This document shows positions 1-9,924 of a stretch of DNA of 63,684 nt, one piece after another. The notes beneath the pieces are model-generated. The model worked only from the letters and a program-made list of their open reading frames with translations. It had not been told where the DNA came from and did no database searches. Every line of letters starts with the position of its first letter. The stretch's first letter is position 1. A program made the position numbers and the translations under genes. The stretch lies in the IMG/VR virus record IMGVR_UViG_3300038315_001014, positions 1 through 63,684 of that record; one strand, given 5' to 3'. The stretch is from a virus. Lineage: Duplodnaviria; Caudoviricetes.

Positions 1-130
1 CTCTTCAGCAGCAATTGCATCTAATCTGGCTTGCTCTTCAGCATCTAATATGGCTTGCGCTTCCTCTTCAGCAGCAATTGCATCTAATCTGGCTTGCTCT
101 TCAGCATCTAATATGGCTTGCTCTTCAGCT
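1..130. repeat. Tandem repeat shared with the window end (63518-63684)
   Basis: CTCTTCAGCAGCAATTGCATCTAATCTGGCTTG... units occur at both ends; the window ends and begins with CTCTTCAG. Confidence 0.9.
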
Positions 131-1473
131 GGCGTTTCTCCTCCTTCTAATACTACAAGGTCTATATCTGTTACTGCATCCTCAGCCGCATCCTGATCTC
201 CGGTTTGATCAGTAGTTGGTGTTGGCTCTGTTGTAGTGGTAGTAGTTGCTACATCTCCAGCTGCACCATCAGTTGTACCACTTGTAGTAGCTTCAGTAGT
301 AGCACCATCAGTTGTACCATCAGTTGTACCACTTGTAGTAGCTTCAGTAGTAGCACCATCAGTTGTACCACTTGTAGTAGCTTCAGTAGTAGCAGCATCT
401 ACGTTCTCTTGAGCTTTTTCCGTAATCGCATCAAAAATCTCTTCATATGTCGCATTTTCTGGTAATCCAAAGTCATCAATAATAGCTGCTTTAACTTCTG
501 GGTCAGACATAAGATCTTCAAAGTCATCAATAATGGCTTGGGTGTCTTCAACGCTAGGTGTAGTTGCTACATCTCCAGCTGCACCATCAGTTGTACCACT
601 TGTAGTAGCTTCAGTAGTAGCAGCATCTACGTTCTCTTGAGCTTCTTCCATAATTGCATCAAAAATTTCTTCATTTGCCGCATTTTCTGGTAATTCAAGG
701 GCATCAATAATGGCTTGGGTGTTCTCAGCGCTAGGTGTAGCTCCGGCGCTATCGCCGTAACCACCTCCTATAACTGGGGGGTCCATTGTGACTTCAGACC
801 ATATATAAGGCGATTGCGGATTTAGCTGTCCAGAATCAATTAAATTTCCATTTTCATCATAAATAAACTCTCCGTTTGCATCAACAGCTGGTTCCCCAGT
901 AGGGACATATACAGGTTCAGGCTCGTGCTTAGACTTTCCTTCTCCTGTAATAATATCTATTAACTCACCACCAGAAGGAAGCATTTCGCGGAAAATATCT
1001 TCATCTATAAACTCACGTTCTCCACCAAGTCCACCCGTAACACTATCTGACCCCAATACAGGACCTTCTTTTTGTAACTCCGTCTTACGGACATTTAGAT
1101 CAATAGCCTCCTGTGCTGTTAACGCATCTGATCCACGATTCCCTTCAAGCCTCTCTGTCATAATATCAATATGTCTAATTAATCTGCGCCTTGCTAAATC
1201 AATAGCCTTTTTATCTCCCGAAGCTTTAGCAGCTTCTAAAGCAGCTTCTTTTTCTGCAAGTTCTATCTGTAATGACTCTTTCTGTGTCCTCACTGCTTCT
1301 TCAAGAGTTTCCCTCTCTGTACCAATAAATCCAGCTTCTGGGCTTTCATCCCAGGGCATTCTTTCTTCAAGGCCAGTCCCACCCCCAGCAGTTTCAAACG
1401 AACGGGGGCGTCTTGGCGCACCTATAGTGTCACTTCTTCTACCTTCAACTACAATATTTTCTATACCAGGCAT
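1..1473 (-). CDS. N-terminal part of an acidic, repeat-rich virion-associated protein; runs off position 1 and continues at 63684
   Basis: Manual translation from ATG at 1473 (MPGIENIVVEGRR...) stays open to position 1 and contains ATTEATTSGTTDG and [19 protein letters not shown] repeats. It is absent from the ORF track because it has no stop in the linear window. Confidence 0.8.
   Translation of the reverse strand, partial: MPGIENIVVEGRRSDTIGAPRRPRSFETAGGGTGLEERMPWDESPEAGFIGTERETLEEAVRTQKESLQIELAEKEAALEAAKASGDKKAIDLARRRLIRHIDIMTERLEGNRGSDALTAQEAIDLNVRKTELQKEGPVLGSDSVTGGLGGEREFIDEDIFREMLPSGGELIDIITGEGKSKHEPEPVYVPTGEPAVDANGEFIYDENGNLIDSGQLNPQSPYIWSEVTMDPPVIGGGYGDSAGATPSAENTQAIIDALELPENAANEEIFDAIMEEAQENVDAATTEATTSGTTDGAAGDVATTPSVEDTQAIIDDFEDLMSDPEVKAAIIDDFGLPENATYEEIFDAITEKAQENVDAATTEATTSGTTDGATTEATTSGTTDGTTDGATTEATTSGTTDGAAGDVATTTTTTEPTPTTDQTGDQDAAEDAVTDIDLVVLEGGETPAEEQAILDAEEQARLDAIAAEEEAQAILDAEEQARLDAIAAEE
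241..735. repeat. Intragenic tandem and dispersed repeats (TTEATTSGTTDG; QAIID...LPENA.EEIFDAI.E.AQENVDAA)
   Basis: CACCATCAGTTGTACCACTTGTAGTAGCTTCAGTAGTAG recurs 4 times, within a larger duplicated block. Confidence 0.9.
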
Positions 1474-1484
1474 TGCATTATCTC

Positions 1485-1781
1485 TTACAATTCATTTACT
1501 TTTTCTAGTATCTGGTCAAGTTTCTTATGTATCCGATCATGTGCCTTTATATTTATTTCCTGTCTAGCTAAATCCATTTGTTGATTATGCTTTGCATTGT
1601 TACTATTAATAACTACAACTTCAGTTAATGTATCTAATCTATCATCAATAACTACATCACGCTCCATAAGAGATTTATCTAAATATACAGATCCCACGCC
1701 ACCAACAATACTTACTATAATAACTAAAGAAGCAGCTACAGAATAAATGGTTACAGAATATTGTTGAAACTTCTCTTTCAC
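1485..1781 (-). CDS. Membrane-anchored coiled-coil protein (possible lysis or holin-like)
   Basis: One N-terminal hydrophobic helix followed by a helical tail. Confidence 0.55.
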   Translation of the reverse strand: MKEKFQQYSVTIYSVAASLVIIVSIVGGVGSVYLDKSLMERDVVIDDRLDTLTEVVVINSNNAKHNQQMDLARQEINIKAHDRIHKKLDQILEKVNEL

Positions 1782-1787
1782 GTTAAC

Positions 1788-2246
1788 TTACTCCGGTGGT
1801 AAAAAAGCAGTTTTATCATTGGCTTTATGCCATCTAACGTAATGTTCTCCATCTTTAAAAGTACGTTCTAACAACCCTTGAACGGTACCAATTTCAATAC
1901 GTAACTCCTTAACTTTAGTTTTTATCTCTGCAAGTTTTTTATCGTCTTCTGGCCCAGACTCTGCAACTGCATCTTCAAAACTAGTCCATCCAGTAAATTG
2001 AGAACAAAACCCAGTCTGTGCAGCTGAAATAGAAATTTTAGGAACCCCATTTTTCTTAGATTCAGGAGGTGGAAAATACCGTACTATTACAGCTATACCA
2101 ATTAATCCAGCAAACAACACAATAGCTTGAGACATAGGCAAATCAGCCCATAAATTAGCAGCAAAGGGAGAACAAACAGCAAGTACTAACAATACCTGCC
2201 AAAGTTTAAGTTTCTGTGCTAATTCAGCAATTTCTTCAAGAGTCAT
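1788..2246 (-). CDS. Hypothetical two-TM membrane protein
   Basis: Two hydrophobic segments; TAATG coupling to the upstream ORF. Confidence 0.6.
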   Translation of the reverse strand: MTLEEIAELAQKLKLWQVLLVLAVCSPFAANLWADLPMSQAIVLFAGLIGIAVIVRYFPPPESKKNGVPKISISAAQTGFCSQFTGWTSFEDAVAESGPEDDKKLAEIKTKVKELRIEIGTVQGLLERTFKDGEHYVRWHKANDKTAFLPPE

Positions 2247-2773
2247 TATTCATAATGTCCGATAATAATTACAGAACCTGAAGTAGATTCAGTTACTTGA
2301 TTTACTTGTACATAAGTATTCTTTTCTAAAATATACCCATCTAAACTTGAATCAACAGGTAATGCTCCAGTACCTGCAATAACAGTCCAAAATCTTAGTG
2401 ATATAGTTGCAGTTGCTACAGCAGTTTCGTCATATAACGCAGTAACATCTGCTGCACCTGTATTTTTTGGACTTAAATTAGATTCCGCCGCTGCTGTACC
2501 AGAAGGAGTTGTAGTAGTTGAACCAACTCCTAAATCATATTCACATATTGCGTTAGAACCATTAATAATAATTCGGTCTAAAAATAATGGATCATCATTA
2601 AGATTTTTAACAAATAATATTGTGTCGTTAGCATCAATATCACGAGTACCTGAATCCCAAGAATACGCTTTCCCTAACCGTGAAGCTTTAGTAAGCGGAG
2701 ATTCTGTTACAACAAAAAGTTCTCCCGCTGCATTAGACTCTACCGGATTACCACTTTTACCTTTCAATATCAT
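2246..2773 (-). CDS. Hypothetical beta-rich virion protein
   Basis: T/S/A-rich, in the structural operon with overlapping stop/start. Confidence 0.6.
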   Translation of the reverse strand: MILKGKSGNPVESNAAGELFVVTESPLTKASRLGKAYSWDSGTRDIDANDTILFVKNLNDDPLFLDRIIINGSNAICEYDLGVGSTTTTPSGTAAAESNLSPKNTGAADVTALYDETAVATATISLRFWTVIAGTGALPVDSSLDGYILEKNTYVQVNQVTESTSGSVIIIGHYE

Positions 2774-2930
2774 CTATGTCATCCTCTTCTATACCTGTTT
2801 CAAATGCTTCTTCAAACTTTGCATTAAGAAACATCAACTGATTAACTATCATTTCTACTACTTCAAATGCATCTTGGTCAGTTACAACTATTTTCCCATC
2901 ACTATCTCTTCTAAAAGCAAAATAACTCAT
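2757..2930 (-). CDS. Small acidic hypothetical protein (57 aa, MSYFAFRRDSDG...)
   Basis: Manual translation; fills the gap between flanking minus-strand genes. Confidence 0.6.
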   Translation of the reverse strand: MSYFAFRRDSDGKIVVTDQDAFEVVEMIVNQLMFLNAKFEEAFETGIEEDDIDDIER

Positions 2931-2931
2931 A

Positions 2932-3360
2932 CTATATCAACAACCATTTAGATAGTGTACTGGAGTAAACAAAACTTGGAGCGTCATATTGATCTCCTAA
3001 TATTAGTTCAGTAACCCCGTCTATTGTCCCAGAAATCGTTACCCCACCAGTATTAGCTCGTTTTACAGTTATCCTGTCGTTGTTTTCAGGAGTTGTAGGG
3101 AAAGTTACCGTTATATCTAAAGTGTTGTTACAAATAACTACCTGAAATTCTGCCTGTGTAAGCGTTGCACTTGCGGTAAGTGTTGTATAACTAACCCCAT
3201 GACTCTTAACAAACTCACGTACAAAATTATCTAACTGGTTAAAGTACAACCTAAGTATATTGTTAAAATGAGCAAATGCTTGCAGATTGTATTCTCCAGG
3301 AGGTATTGGTAGCACAGGAGGAGCAAACTGAATTGTATGCTCTTCAATTGAATCAACCAT
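2932..3360 (-). CDS. Putative tail-associated protein
   Basis: FNNILRLYFNQLD motif, directly after the nozzle-like gene; beta-rich C-terminus. Confidence 0.55.
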   Translation of the reverse strand: MVDSIEEHTIQFAPPVLPIPPGEYNLQAFAHFNNILRLYFNQLDNFVREFVKSHGVSYTTLTASATLTQAEFQVVICNNTLDITVTFPTTPENNDRITVKRANTGGVTISGTIDGVTELILGDQYDAPSFVYSSTLSKWLLI

Positions 3361-5204
3361 TACCTTCTCCCATCAAGTCTAAGATCTAACCTGGGAGTAC
3401 CCAATCTCCATGTAACTCCTTCTGCAGTAGATGAAACTTTTATAGATAACTGTCTACCGCGAACGCGCATATCTAATTGGTTTGTGTAAGCTTCTACAGG
3501 TGAAGTAGCACTACGTGTAACTGTCCCCGTATCAGTACCCCCCTCTGAAGCTGGTGAATTATACCCAGAGCCAGATCCAGCTAAAGGTAACAACGTAAGA
3601 ACGGCTGCTGGACTAGAAGCTGTGGAGCCACTAAATGACATATCAGGTAGTACCTTCTTTACGAAAGAAAACCTATCTCCATCACCAATATCAAATTCAG
3701 AAGAAAGTATATGTGCACTTATAGCAGCCGTTGTGCCTGTTTCATTATCATCAACCCCTTCTTCATGATTAACTAAATTAGACGTATACGTAGCAGCGAG
3801 AGGGTACTGGCGAAGCCCTGAATCTAGCCAAGCAGTTCTAGCCAACGTACCATAGTACCAAATATCCTGACCGTAGTTATAAACCACATACCTATCTACA
3901 GTAGTGCTACTAGCCGAACAATAAAACCACCATACTTCAGTAAAGGCTTCAATCGTGCCCGCAAATACTTGGGCATATTGCAAGTAGTTAAAGTCATCAA
4001 AAATGTATTTTCTAAGATCACAACGTAAGTTAGACGCTGTACCACTATAAGAATAGAACTTATCTTTACCCATCCAATAAGCTACACCATTTGCATAAGC
4101 AACTGCTCTTGGTGAAGCAGTAGAAATATTTTCTCCAACCAACTGTGCACCCCAAACAATAGGTGCGCCTACGTACTGAAATGCGTACAAACTAGAATCA
4201 GTCCAAATTAAAATTTCTTGCCTAGCTTGCATAGCAGTAATAATCTCAGCACCCCTAGATAACTTAAGACTACCTGCTTGGTTAGTAGCTGCTGGGGTCC
4301 AATTAACCGCGCTTTCCTGGTCTGACCAACGAACTAACATGGGGTCAACAGTAGAAGTGCTTATCATATTTGCTCCAAGAGCGAACACAAACCTGTTTAT
4401 GTCAGATACAAGAATAAAGTTTTGGCTAGTAGGAACATCAGATGCGCCAGTTAATCCAGATAAAGCAACCCCCCTTGTAGTAACTGCGTTAGTAGCATCC
4501 CAGTAGTACATAGCCCCACCTATAGGGCCAAAAATAAGGTCTTCTCCAAAATGGTACTGGGTCCAAAGGCGCATAGCTTCAGTAGATGTATCACCCGTAC
4601 CCCATAGTCCAGTACCCCAACCGCCAGCACTCCAACCAACAAGAGGTACAGCAACGGAAGGACCAACACTTATTTGGTAAGCAGCAGTTACAGTCCCCCC
4701 ACCAGAAGTAGTGGAAGAGGCGCTACTTGAATGAGTAATTGTGTAAGTATTACCAGAAGCGTAGGCAAGTACATATTCTCCATCTATAGTAATACCACCA
4801 ACGGCATCAGCTCCACTAAATGTTACGTAGTCTCCATCAGCATAACCACCGTTAGCATCAGTAACAGTAACAGTAGCAGAACCATTAGTAACAGAGAAAG
4901 GATCAGTGAGTGTTACAGTAGCTCTTATAGGGGTTATATCGTAATAAGTGCCACCATTTTCAAGATAGTATTTAAGATGTGTACCAAGAGCTGTTAGATT
5001 TAAACTACCTAATGTAACCCAATTCCAAAGAGAACGGCATACTCCAGTAAAAGTTGAGGTAGATATCCGAGTCCACCCACCTATTTTTTCTGGATACTCC
5101 TGGCGGAATCGTACTTTTTCAGACTCATACCATCCCCCTTCACTAGCGTATGCAGTTATCTCTCTATTAACCCCAGGCTTAATCTGAACTTTTTGTATAG
5201 GCAT
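3360..5204 (-). CDS. Tail nozzle / head-stabilisation protein (P22 gp10- or tubular B-like)
   Basis: 614 aa, W/G-rich beta-propeller-like sequence (VRWSDQE, EILIWTD, EVWWFY) typical of podovirus nozzles. Confidence 0.65.
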   Translation of the reverse strand: MPIQKVQIKPGVNREITAYASEGGWYESEKVRFRQEYPEKIGGWTRISTSTFTGVCRSLWNWVTLGSLNLTALGTHLKYYLENGGTYYDITPIRATVTLTDPFSVTNGSATVTVTDANGGYADGDYVTFSGADAVGGITIDGEYVLAYASGNTYTITHSSSASSTTSGGGTVTAAYQISVGPSVAVPLVGWSAGGWGTGLWGTGDTSTEAMRLWTQYHFGEDLIFGPIGGAMYYWDATNAVTTRGVALSGLTGASDVPTSQNFILVSDINRFVFALGANMISTSTVDPMLVRWSDQESAVNWTPAATNQAGSLKLSRGAEIITAMQARQEILIWTDSSLYAFQYVGAPIVWGAQLVGENISTASPRAVAYANGVAYWMGKDKFYSYSGTASNLRCDLRKYIFDDFNYLQYAQVFAGTIEAFTEVWWFYCSASSTTVDRYVVYNYGQDIWYYGTLARTAWLDSGLRQYPLAATYTSNLVNHEEGVDDNETGTTAAISAHILSSEFDIGDGDRFSFVKKVLPDMSFSGSTASSPAAVLTLLPLAGSGSGYNSPASEGGTDTGTVTRSATSPVEAYTNQLDMRVRGRQLSIKVSSTAEGVTWRLGTPRLDLRLDGRR

Positions 5205-5210
5205 AACATA

Positions 5211-5438
5211 TCACGTTTGCACAGTACTAAAAACAGATGGTAATGTAGCTACTTCTATTACCACACTTTGTTTAATTTTCAACTTCTTTCTGCAAGAAGG
5301 ACATTTCCTATTTTTCTTTCTACTCTTAGCCTTTTTCTCACTTAAATCGAACCCACACTTTCTACAAACAATTTCAACAGTACGTGCTGGCGTAAACTTA
5401 CTAGCACTTAAATTTCTAGCTTCTTCCCTAACTTTCAC
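5211..5438 (-). CDS. Small basic zinc-ribbon protein
   Basis: CRKC and CPSC pairs. Confidence 0.6.
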   Translation of the reverse strand: MKVREEARNLSASKFTPARTVEIVCRKCGFDLSEKKAKSRKKNRKCPSCRKKLKIKQSVVIEVATLPSVFSTVQT

Positions 5439-5817
5439 GACTCACCTTTTTAGTTTTCTCTAAGGTTCGTAATCCCCCCATACCTAGCATACCCATAAGC
5501 ACCGGATACAACATTGCTGGATCAACTTCAGGCATATCAAACCAAATATCTAAAAAAGGACTTATCAAAACGTTATACAGTAATCCAACACCACATACCC
5601 AACCTACAAATGGACGCCACCCTGCAACGAAAATTGACTTATGAGCAGCCTCAACTTTATTAATATCCAACTGCCCCATTACTAACTGCAATTCACCAGC
5701 AAACTCTTGTGAACGCGCCTGAGCAGATAACTTAGCTGCTAAATCCTTGTCTTTTACAAACTTACCAATAAATGTATCAACAAGTCCTAAACCAGCGGTA
5801 AGAGGGTCAACTGCCAT
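5428..5817 (-). CDS. Holin (3TM holin family)
   Basis: SIFVAGWRPFVGWVCG and GMLGMGGLRTLEK signatures. Confidence 0.85.
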   Translation of the reverse strand: MAVDPLTAGLGLVDTFIGKFVKDKDLAAKLSAQARSQEFAGELQLVMGQLDINKVEAAHKSIFVAGWRPFVGWVCGVGLLYNVLISPFLDIWFDMPEVDPAMLYPVLMGMLGMGGLRTLEKTKKVSRES

Positions 5818-6174
5818 TACCCAGCGGCCTCTTTCTTTTTAACTTCAGGAACTTCCTTAACTTCTATATCTTCTGCGTCCTGCAAGTCTTTTATGAAGTA
5901 GTAAAGATCCTTAGTACCAGCCCCCCCAACCCCAGCTATCAACTCGATCTAAAATTGCTTTGTACTGAGCATCTTCAAGCAATATAGAACCATGCCCTAC
6001 TTCTGGAACTTTAACTTCCTCCAGTCTTTCTACTATAGGATAAAACTCCATTATCTCAGGAGTTGTTAACGGTATAGCTCGTCCTTCTTTAATCAATGGG
6101 TTCTGCAATACTAACTTAAACATATCAACATAAGTTGTACCATCTTCTAACTTCTTAACCTTTACTTTCTTCAT
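5817..6174 (-). CDS. Hypothetical protein downstream of the tail fibre, apparently frameshifted at a G7 run
   Basis: The ORF stops at 5911. Removing one G at 5921-5927 extends it to TAA at 5817, which overlaps the holin ATG. Confidence 0.55.
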
Positions 6175-6232
6175 TCTTTACTCCTTATTCAAGATCTGGG
6201 GCTGACACATCAATTCATTGAACTTCTGGAAC

Positions 6233-6496
6233 CTAACTAAAGTCTGTTTCTGCTGTTGCTTCTGCAGCTTCACGAGTAGTTTCTGTGTCTTTTTTAACCA
6301 ATCCCTGTTGGTAATAAACCTTCAGTAGCTGTTTCGCAAGAGCTAAATATAACCCTGCCTTTTCTTCATCTGTTCCTGATGTGTCCTTTCCAGCGTGTTC
6401 CAGACTCCGATCAGCAATTTCTAATAATTTTGCATTAGGGACTGTTCTGCCTAAGAGCTTTTCGATTACTGTTTTTGCGTCTGCTACATTAGTCAT
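6233..6496 (-). CDS. Hypothetical protein (possible tail fibre assembly factor)
   Basis: Helical ORF coupled to the upstream gene. Confidence 0.55.
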   Translation of the reverse strand: MTNVADAKTVIEKLLGRTVPNAKLLEIADRSLEHAGKDTSGTDEEKAGLYLALAKQLLKVYYQQGLVKKDTETTREAAEATAETDFS

Positions 6497-6677
6497 TCTT
6501 CACCTCTTTAAGTGGTGGTTTTTCAAGTTCCTCAATTTTCTTTCCCAATTCTTCTATTTCTTGTTGGGCTGCTGAAAGTTTACCCGCATACACCGCTGCT
6601 TGGTCTAATGCTTGATTCCGCTGAGCACATAAGACCTCAAGCCGTGCGTTGATTTCTGTCATTGTGATATCGTTCAT
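6489..6677 (-). CDS. Small coiled-coil protein following the tail fibre
   Basis: Heptad pattern; overlaps the fibre stop. Confidence 0.6.
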   Translation of the reverse strand: MNDITMTEINARLEVLCAQRNQALDQAAVYAGKLSAAQQEIEELGKKIEELEKPPLKEVKND

Positions 6678-9151
6678 TTTAGTTGCTCTATCTCTGCTTC
6701 AAGTGATTCGATTCGTGCCATTGCTTCCTGCGTGACTCGCATCGCCCCAAAATACATGTCCTTGTTGAACACGGTAAGCAAGCCATCACCCTGCTCAAAT
6801 CCGCTATCGTCAACAAATCTTGGTTCCACCTTTTGTACTTGCTGTGCGATTATGCCGATATTCAGGTTATCGTTCGTTTGGTTTATGTAACGGAAATCTA
6901 CTATCTCAATGGCTTTAAACGTATCCCACATTGAACCAAGCGGAGTGATGTCCTCCTTCACACTGATATCTGAAAGGTCTGCGTCGTTAGACTGTACATT
7001 GGCTATTCCTCCATTTGAGCGTACCGTCATTTTGGCCCCGCCTGTGTCGGCACAATTCAAAAATAGACTCGATGTATTATTTGGAGCTGCTACAGAATAA
7101 GAGACAGAAACACCATAAGGCGTGGAACCGTGAGCATTTACAGCGCCTATAAGGAAAGCGTTTGTTGGCGAATTAATAGTTATAGAGCTTGCTGTCGGAG
7201 CCTCACTATCGATGTTCAGGGCGATTCCGTCGCCGTCCTGATTAATGAAGATGCCGTTACCAGTACCAAGCTGCTGTGCAACAATTACTGACGCTGTTGT
7301 ACTCGCATGGCCTTGTTGGGCAACAATCGCGCCTGCCCCCGCAGCGGCATGGTTACCTACATTGACAACTTGGAGAATATTCCCCGACGTGTTTATAGAG
7401 TCAAGCTGGAGATTGACCGCGCTCGTAGCCTCACTATCGATATTCAGGGCTATTCCGTTGCCCTCCTGATCGATGAAGATGCCGTTGCCTGTGCCAGCGT
7501 TCTCCGTATATATGCCAGCAACGCTCGTGCTTGCATGAGTGTGAGCCAGATATAACAGCGCCCCTGATGTTTGCTGCCCAGCATTCACAATCGTCATTAC
7601 ACTATTGGTAGTCTGTACTGATGCTATCTCTAGAGCCGTTTGAGAAGTGGCCTCGGTATCTATTACCAGCCCCTTGGCGTTATTATCCTGGTCCAGCGTA
7701 AGAGCGACACCAGATGACGGGGAGATGTCCATCGCACCGCCAAAGAAGGAAGCCTTAGCAACCCCAAGCCCCCCATCTGTATGGATAGAGCCTGTAGTGG
7801 TAGAGGAGGAGTCTGTGGTGTCGTCTACTGAGAGGGCTGTGGAAAAGGTAGACACGCTGGTAGCAATAAGGAGCTTGTCTGTAGCACCAGCCACACCAAA
7901 ACTTAAATCATTCTGTGCATGGTCATAAATTATCCGGCCAATAGCATTATCGCCTGCATCAGAGAAAAGAATTGATGCTGTGCTAGAAGTTCCTGCCGAA
8001 ATTGTCATTCCCGTATTGCCAGAACTGGAAAGATGTAGTTCGTCTGCCATTGCGTTAGCTGTCTGCCCAGAGGCCGATGTTTCTATGGTTGATGCTTTGC
8101 CCACAAACAAGGCTTTCGCTACACCCAGCCCACCATCTGTATGGATAGAGCCTGTAGTGGTAGAGGAGGAGTCTGTGGTGTCGTCTATAGAAAGGACGCC
8201 AGAACCTGTGATTGTGGTGGCCGTAACAGCAGCAGCAGAAGCCGCACCTATCGTTGTCCCATCAAGCGTACCGCCGTTAATGTCTACAGTAGAAACAGTA
8301 CCAAGATCAGTCCATGTTCCTGTTAATGCTCCACCACCAGAAAACGTAACTGCTCCAGTTGTATCTATAGCATTAGCTTGGAAATCAAACTTTGAAGCAG
8401 AATCATCATATTGAAGCTCTACGCCAGCAGTAGCACGTAGTTCAATGTCATTTGCCTTAGTAGCGTGTGTGTCTCCGTACAATAAAATATTCCCACCTTT
8501 TGCGTTATCTGCACCAGGAGCAATGTACATAATTCCGTTAGTATCGCCACCCAATATTTCTGGGTTAGCGGCATTTAGAGTAAGATCACCTCCCGTAATA
8601 AGCCCAGTGACAGTTAACGCACCGGAAGCAAGCGTTCCTGTAGTAGTAAGATTCTCGTTACCAAGTGAAATAGCACCTGAAGTATCTGTAATTGATCCCC
8701 CAGCTACTGTCATAGTTCCAAACACACCACTACCAGCAATAGCATTTGAAGCTTCTACTACGTTAGTACCATCACAATACACAAAAGAAGTATTACCATC
8801 AAGAACAGCTATTCCAGAACCAGCTGAAGTCTTTACAGTTATTGTTTGCCCAGTACCGTTATTTACAACATATAACTTAGTACGTGTTGGGACAATAAGA
8901 GTGCCAGTACCTGATAAATCAGTAGTAGTATCAGTAAGTTTTAGTATTGCGTTTCGCGCCTGTGCAGTAGTTCCATTTGCTGTAGTTAAAGTGTGTGAAT
9001 TTGCTACCCAAACATCCATTGTGGCTTGCCCAGCAATAGCTTCTTCAATCATATTAGTGATATTGTCATTAACTACATCCCCCCAAGTACCACTTAATTC
9101 ACCTTGGACAGGAAGTGCTAACTGCAATAATGTTGAGTATGCTGTAGCCAT
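6674..9151 (-). CDS. Tail fibre/spike with C-terminal intramolecular chaperone (peptidase S74-like)
   Basis: G/T/S/A-rich with internal repeats. The C-terminus has SDISVKEDI, IGIIAQQVQKVEP and a coiled coil. Confidence 0.85.
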   Translation of the reverse strand: MATAYSTLLQLALPVQGELSGTWGDVVNDNITNMIEEAIAGQATMDVWVANSHTLTTANGTTAQARNAILKLTDTTTDLSGTGTLIVPTRTKLYVVNNGTGQTITVKTSAGSGIAVLDGNTSFVYCDGTNVVEASNAIAGSGVFGTMTVAGGSITDTSGAISLGNENLTTTGTLASGALTVTGLITGGDLTLNAANPEILGGDTNGIMYIAPGADNAKGGNILLYGDTHATKANDIELRATAGVELQYDDSASKFDFQANAIDTTGAVTFSGGGALTGTWTDLGTVSTVDINGGTLDGTTIGAASAAAVTATTITGSGVLSIDDTTDSSSTTTGSIHTDGGLGVAKALFVGKASTIETSASGQTANAMADELHLSSSGNTGMTISAGTSSTASILFSDAGDNAIGRIIYDHAQNDLSFGVAGATDKLLIATSVSTFSTALSVDDTTDSSSTTTGSIHTDGGLGVAKASFFGGAMDISPSSGVALTLDQDNNAKGLVIDTEATSQTALEIASVQTTNSVMTIVNAGQQTSGALLYLAHTHASTSVAGIYTENAGTGNGIFIDQEGNGIALNIDSEATSAVNLQLDSINTSGNILQVVNVGNHAAAGAGAIVAQQGHASTTASVIVAQQLGTGNGIFINQDGDGIALNIDSEAPTASSITINSPTNAFLIGAVNAHGSTPYGVSVSYSVAAPNNTSSLFLNCADTGGAKMTVRSNGGIANVQSNDADLSDISVKEDITPLGSMWDTFKAIEIVDFRYINQTNDNLNIGIIAQQVQKVEPRFVDDSGFEQGDGLLTVFNKDMYFGAMRVTQEAMARIESLEAEIEQLK

Positions 9152-9161
9152 ATCTTTTTAC

Positions 9162-9482
9162 CTAAGCTGCGTTTTCCCAATCTGCTGTTTGTGATGTACT
9201 CACTTCTGAAAACCCTGGAGTCTGCCCTTCATCCATATTAGACCAAACTGTTATACCACCTAAAGTCATTGTAAGAGTGACCCCTGTAACAGATATATTA
9301 CCTGCAGCTGTTACGCTAACAGTACCTATTGAACCAGTAATAAACAATCCAGAAGATACTGCGCCTATTCTACCAGTAGCAGTTACATTGTCTGGAACTA
9401 TATTTAGGTAGTCAGCGCCCCACTTAGTAGGTGTGCCCCACGGACCCCCACCCCATCCAGTATGCTTAACTATAGTAGGCAT
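9162..9482 (-). CDS. Structural protein (G/T/W-rich)
   Basis: Position and composition. Confidence 0.55.
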   Translation of the reverse strand: MPTIVKHTGWGGGPWGTPTKWGADYLNIVPDNVTATGRIGAVSSGLFITGSIGTVSVTAAGNISVTGVTLTMTLGGITVWSNMDEGQTPGFSEVSTSQTADWENAA

Positions 9483-9486
9483 ATTA

Positions 9487-9915
9487 CTACACTATCCTAA
9501 TAATAGCGTTTGTAGCATCAGCTGTAGGAAATTGTATAATAAAATCACCTGCTGTAGCCGCTTGATCGCTACCAAAATCTAACACTGCAACTGCTGGAGT
9601 ACTACCTCCAGTCTGATAAATTAACGCCCCTCTTGCCGTAATTGTTGCTGACGCCCATGTTACGTCATCAAAATCCAAATAAGCAGTTGTGCCTGATGTA
9701 GTTGGGGCATTAATAGTTAACGCTGCACCCCCAGCAGTATATCCAGTTCCAGAAACTTCGTTAGTAACAGAGTACGCAGTTGTAGCAGCGCTCAACGTAG
9801 CAGAGGAAGTGTACAAAGCAATCTTATATGACTGAGATGTATCTGAACTAAAATCCATCTCTCCATCAAGAAGAGCTAGTTTAAAAGTTGTAGTCATGGC
9901 TTGCGTTATTGCCAA
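9487..9915 (-). CDS. Structural / tail-associated protein
   Basis: YKIALYTSSA, EVSGTGYTAGG and TARGALIY motifs common in phage structural modules. Confidence 0.65.
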   Translation of the reverse strand: MAITQAMTTTFKLALLDGEMDFSSDTSQSYKIALYTSSATLSAATTAYSVTNEVSGTGYTAGGAALTINAPTTSGTTAYLDFDDVTWASATITARGALIYQTGGSTPAVAVLDFGSDQAATAGDFIIQFPTADATNAIIRIV

Positions 9916-9924
9916 GATAACCTC

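Noticed and set aside
7700-8200. Tail fibre repeats as a diversity-generating retroelement
   Set aside because: There is no reverse transcriptase, and the differences are not adenine-specific; the repeats are in-frame protein repeats.
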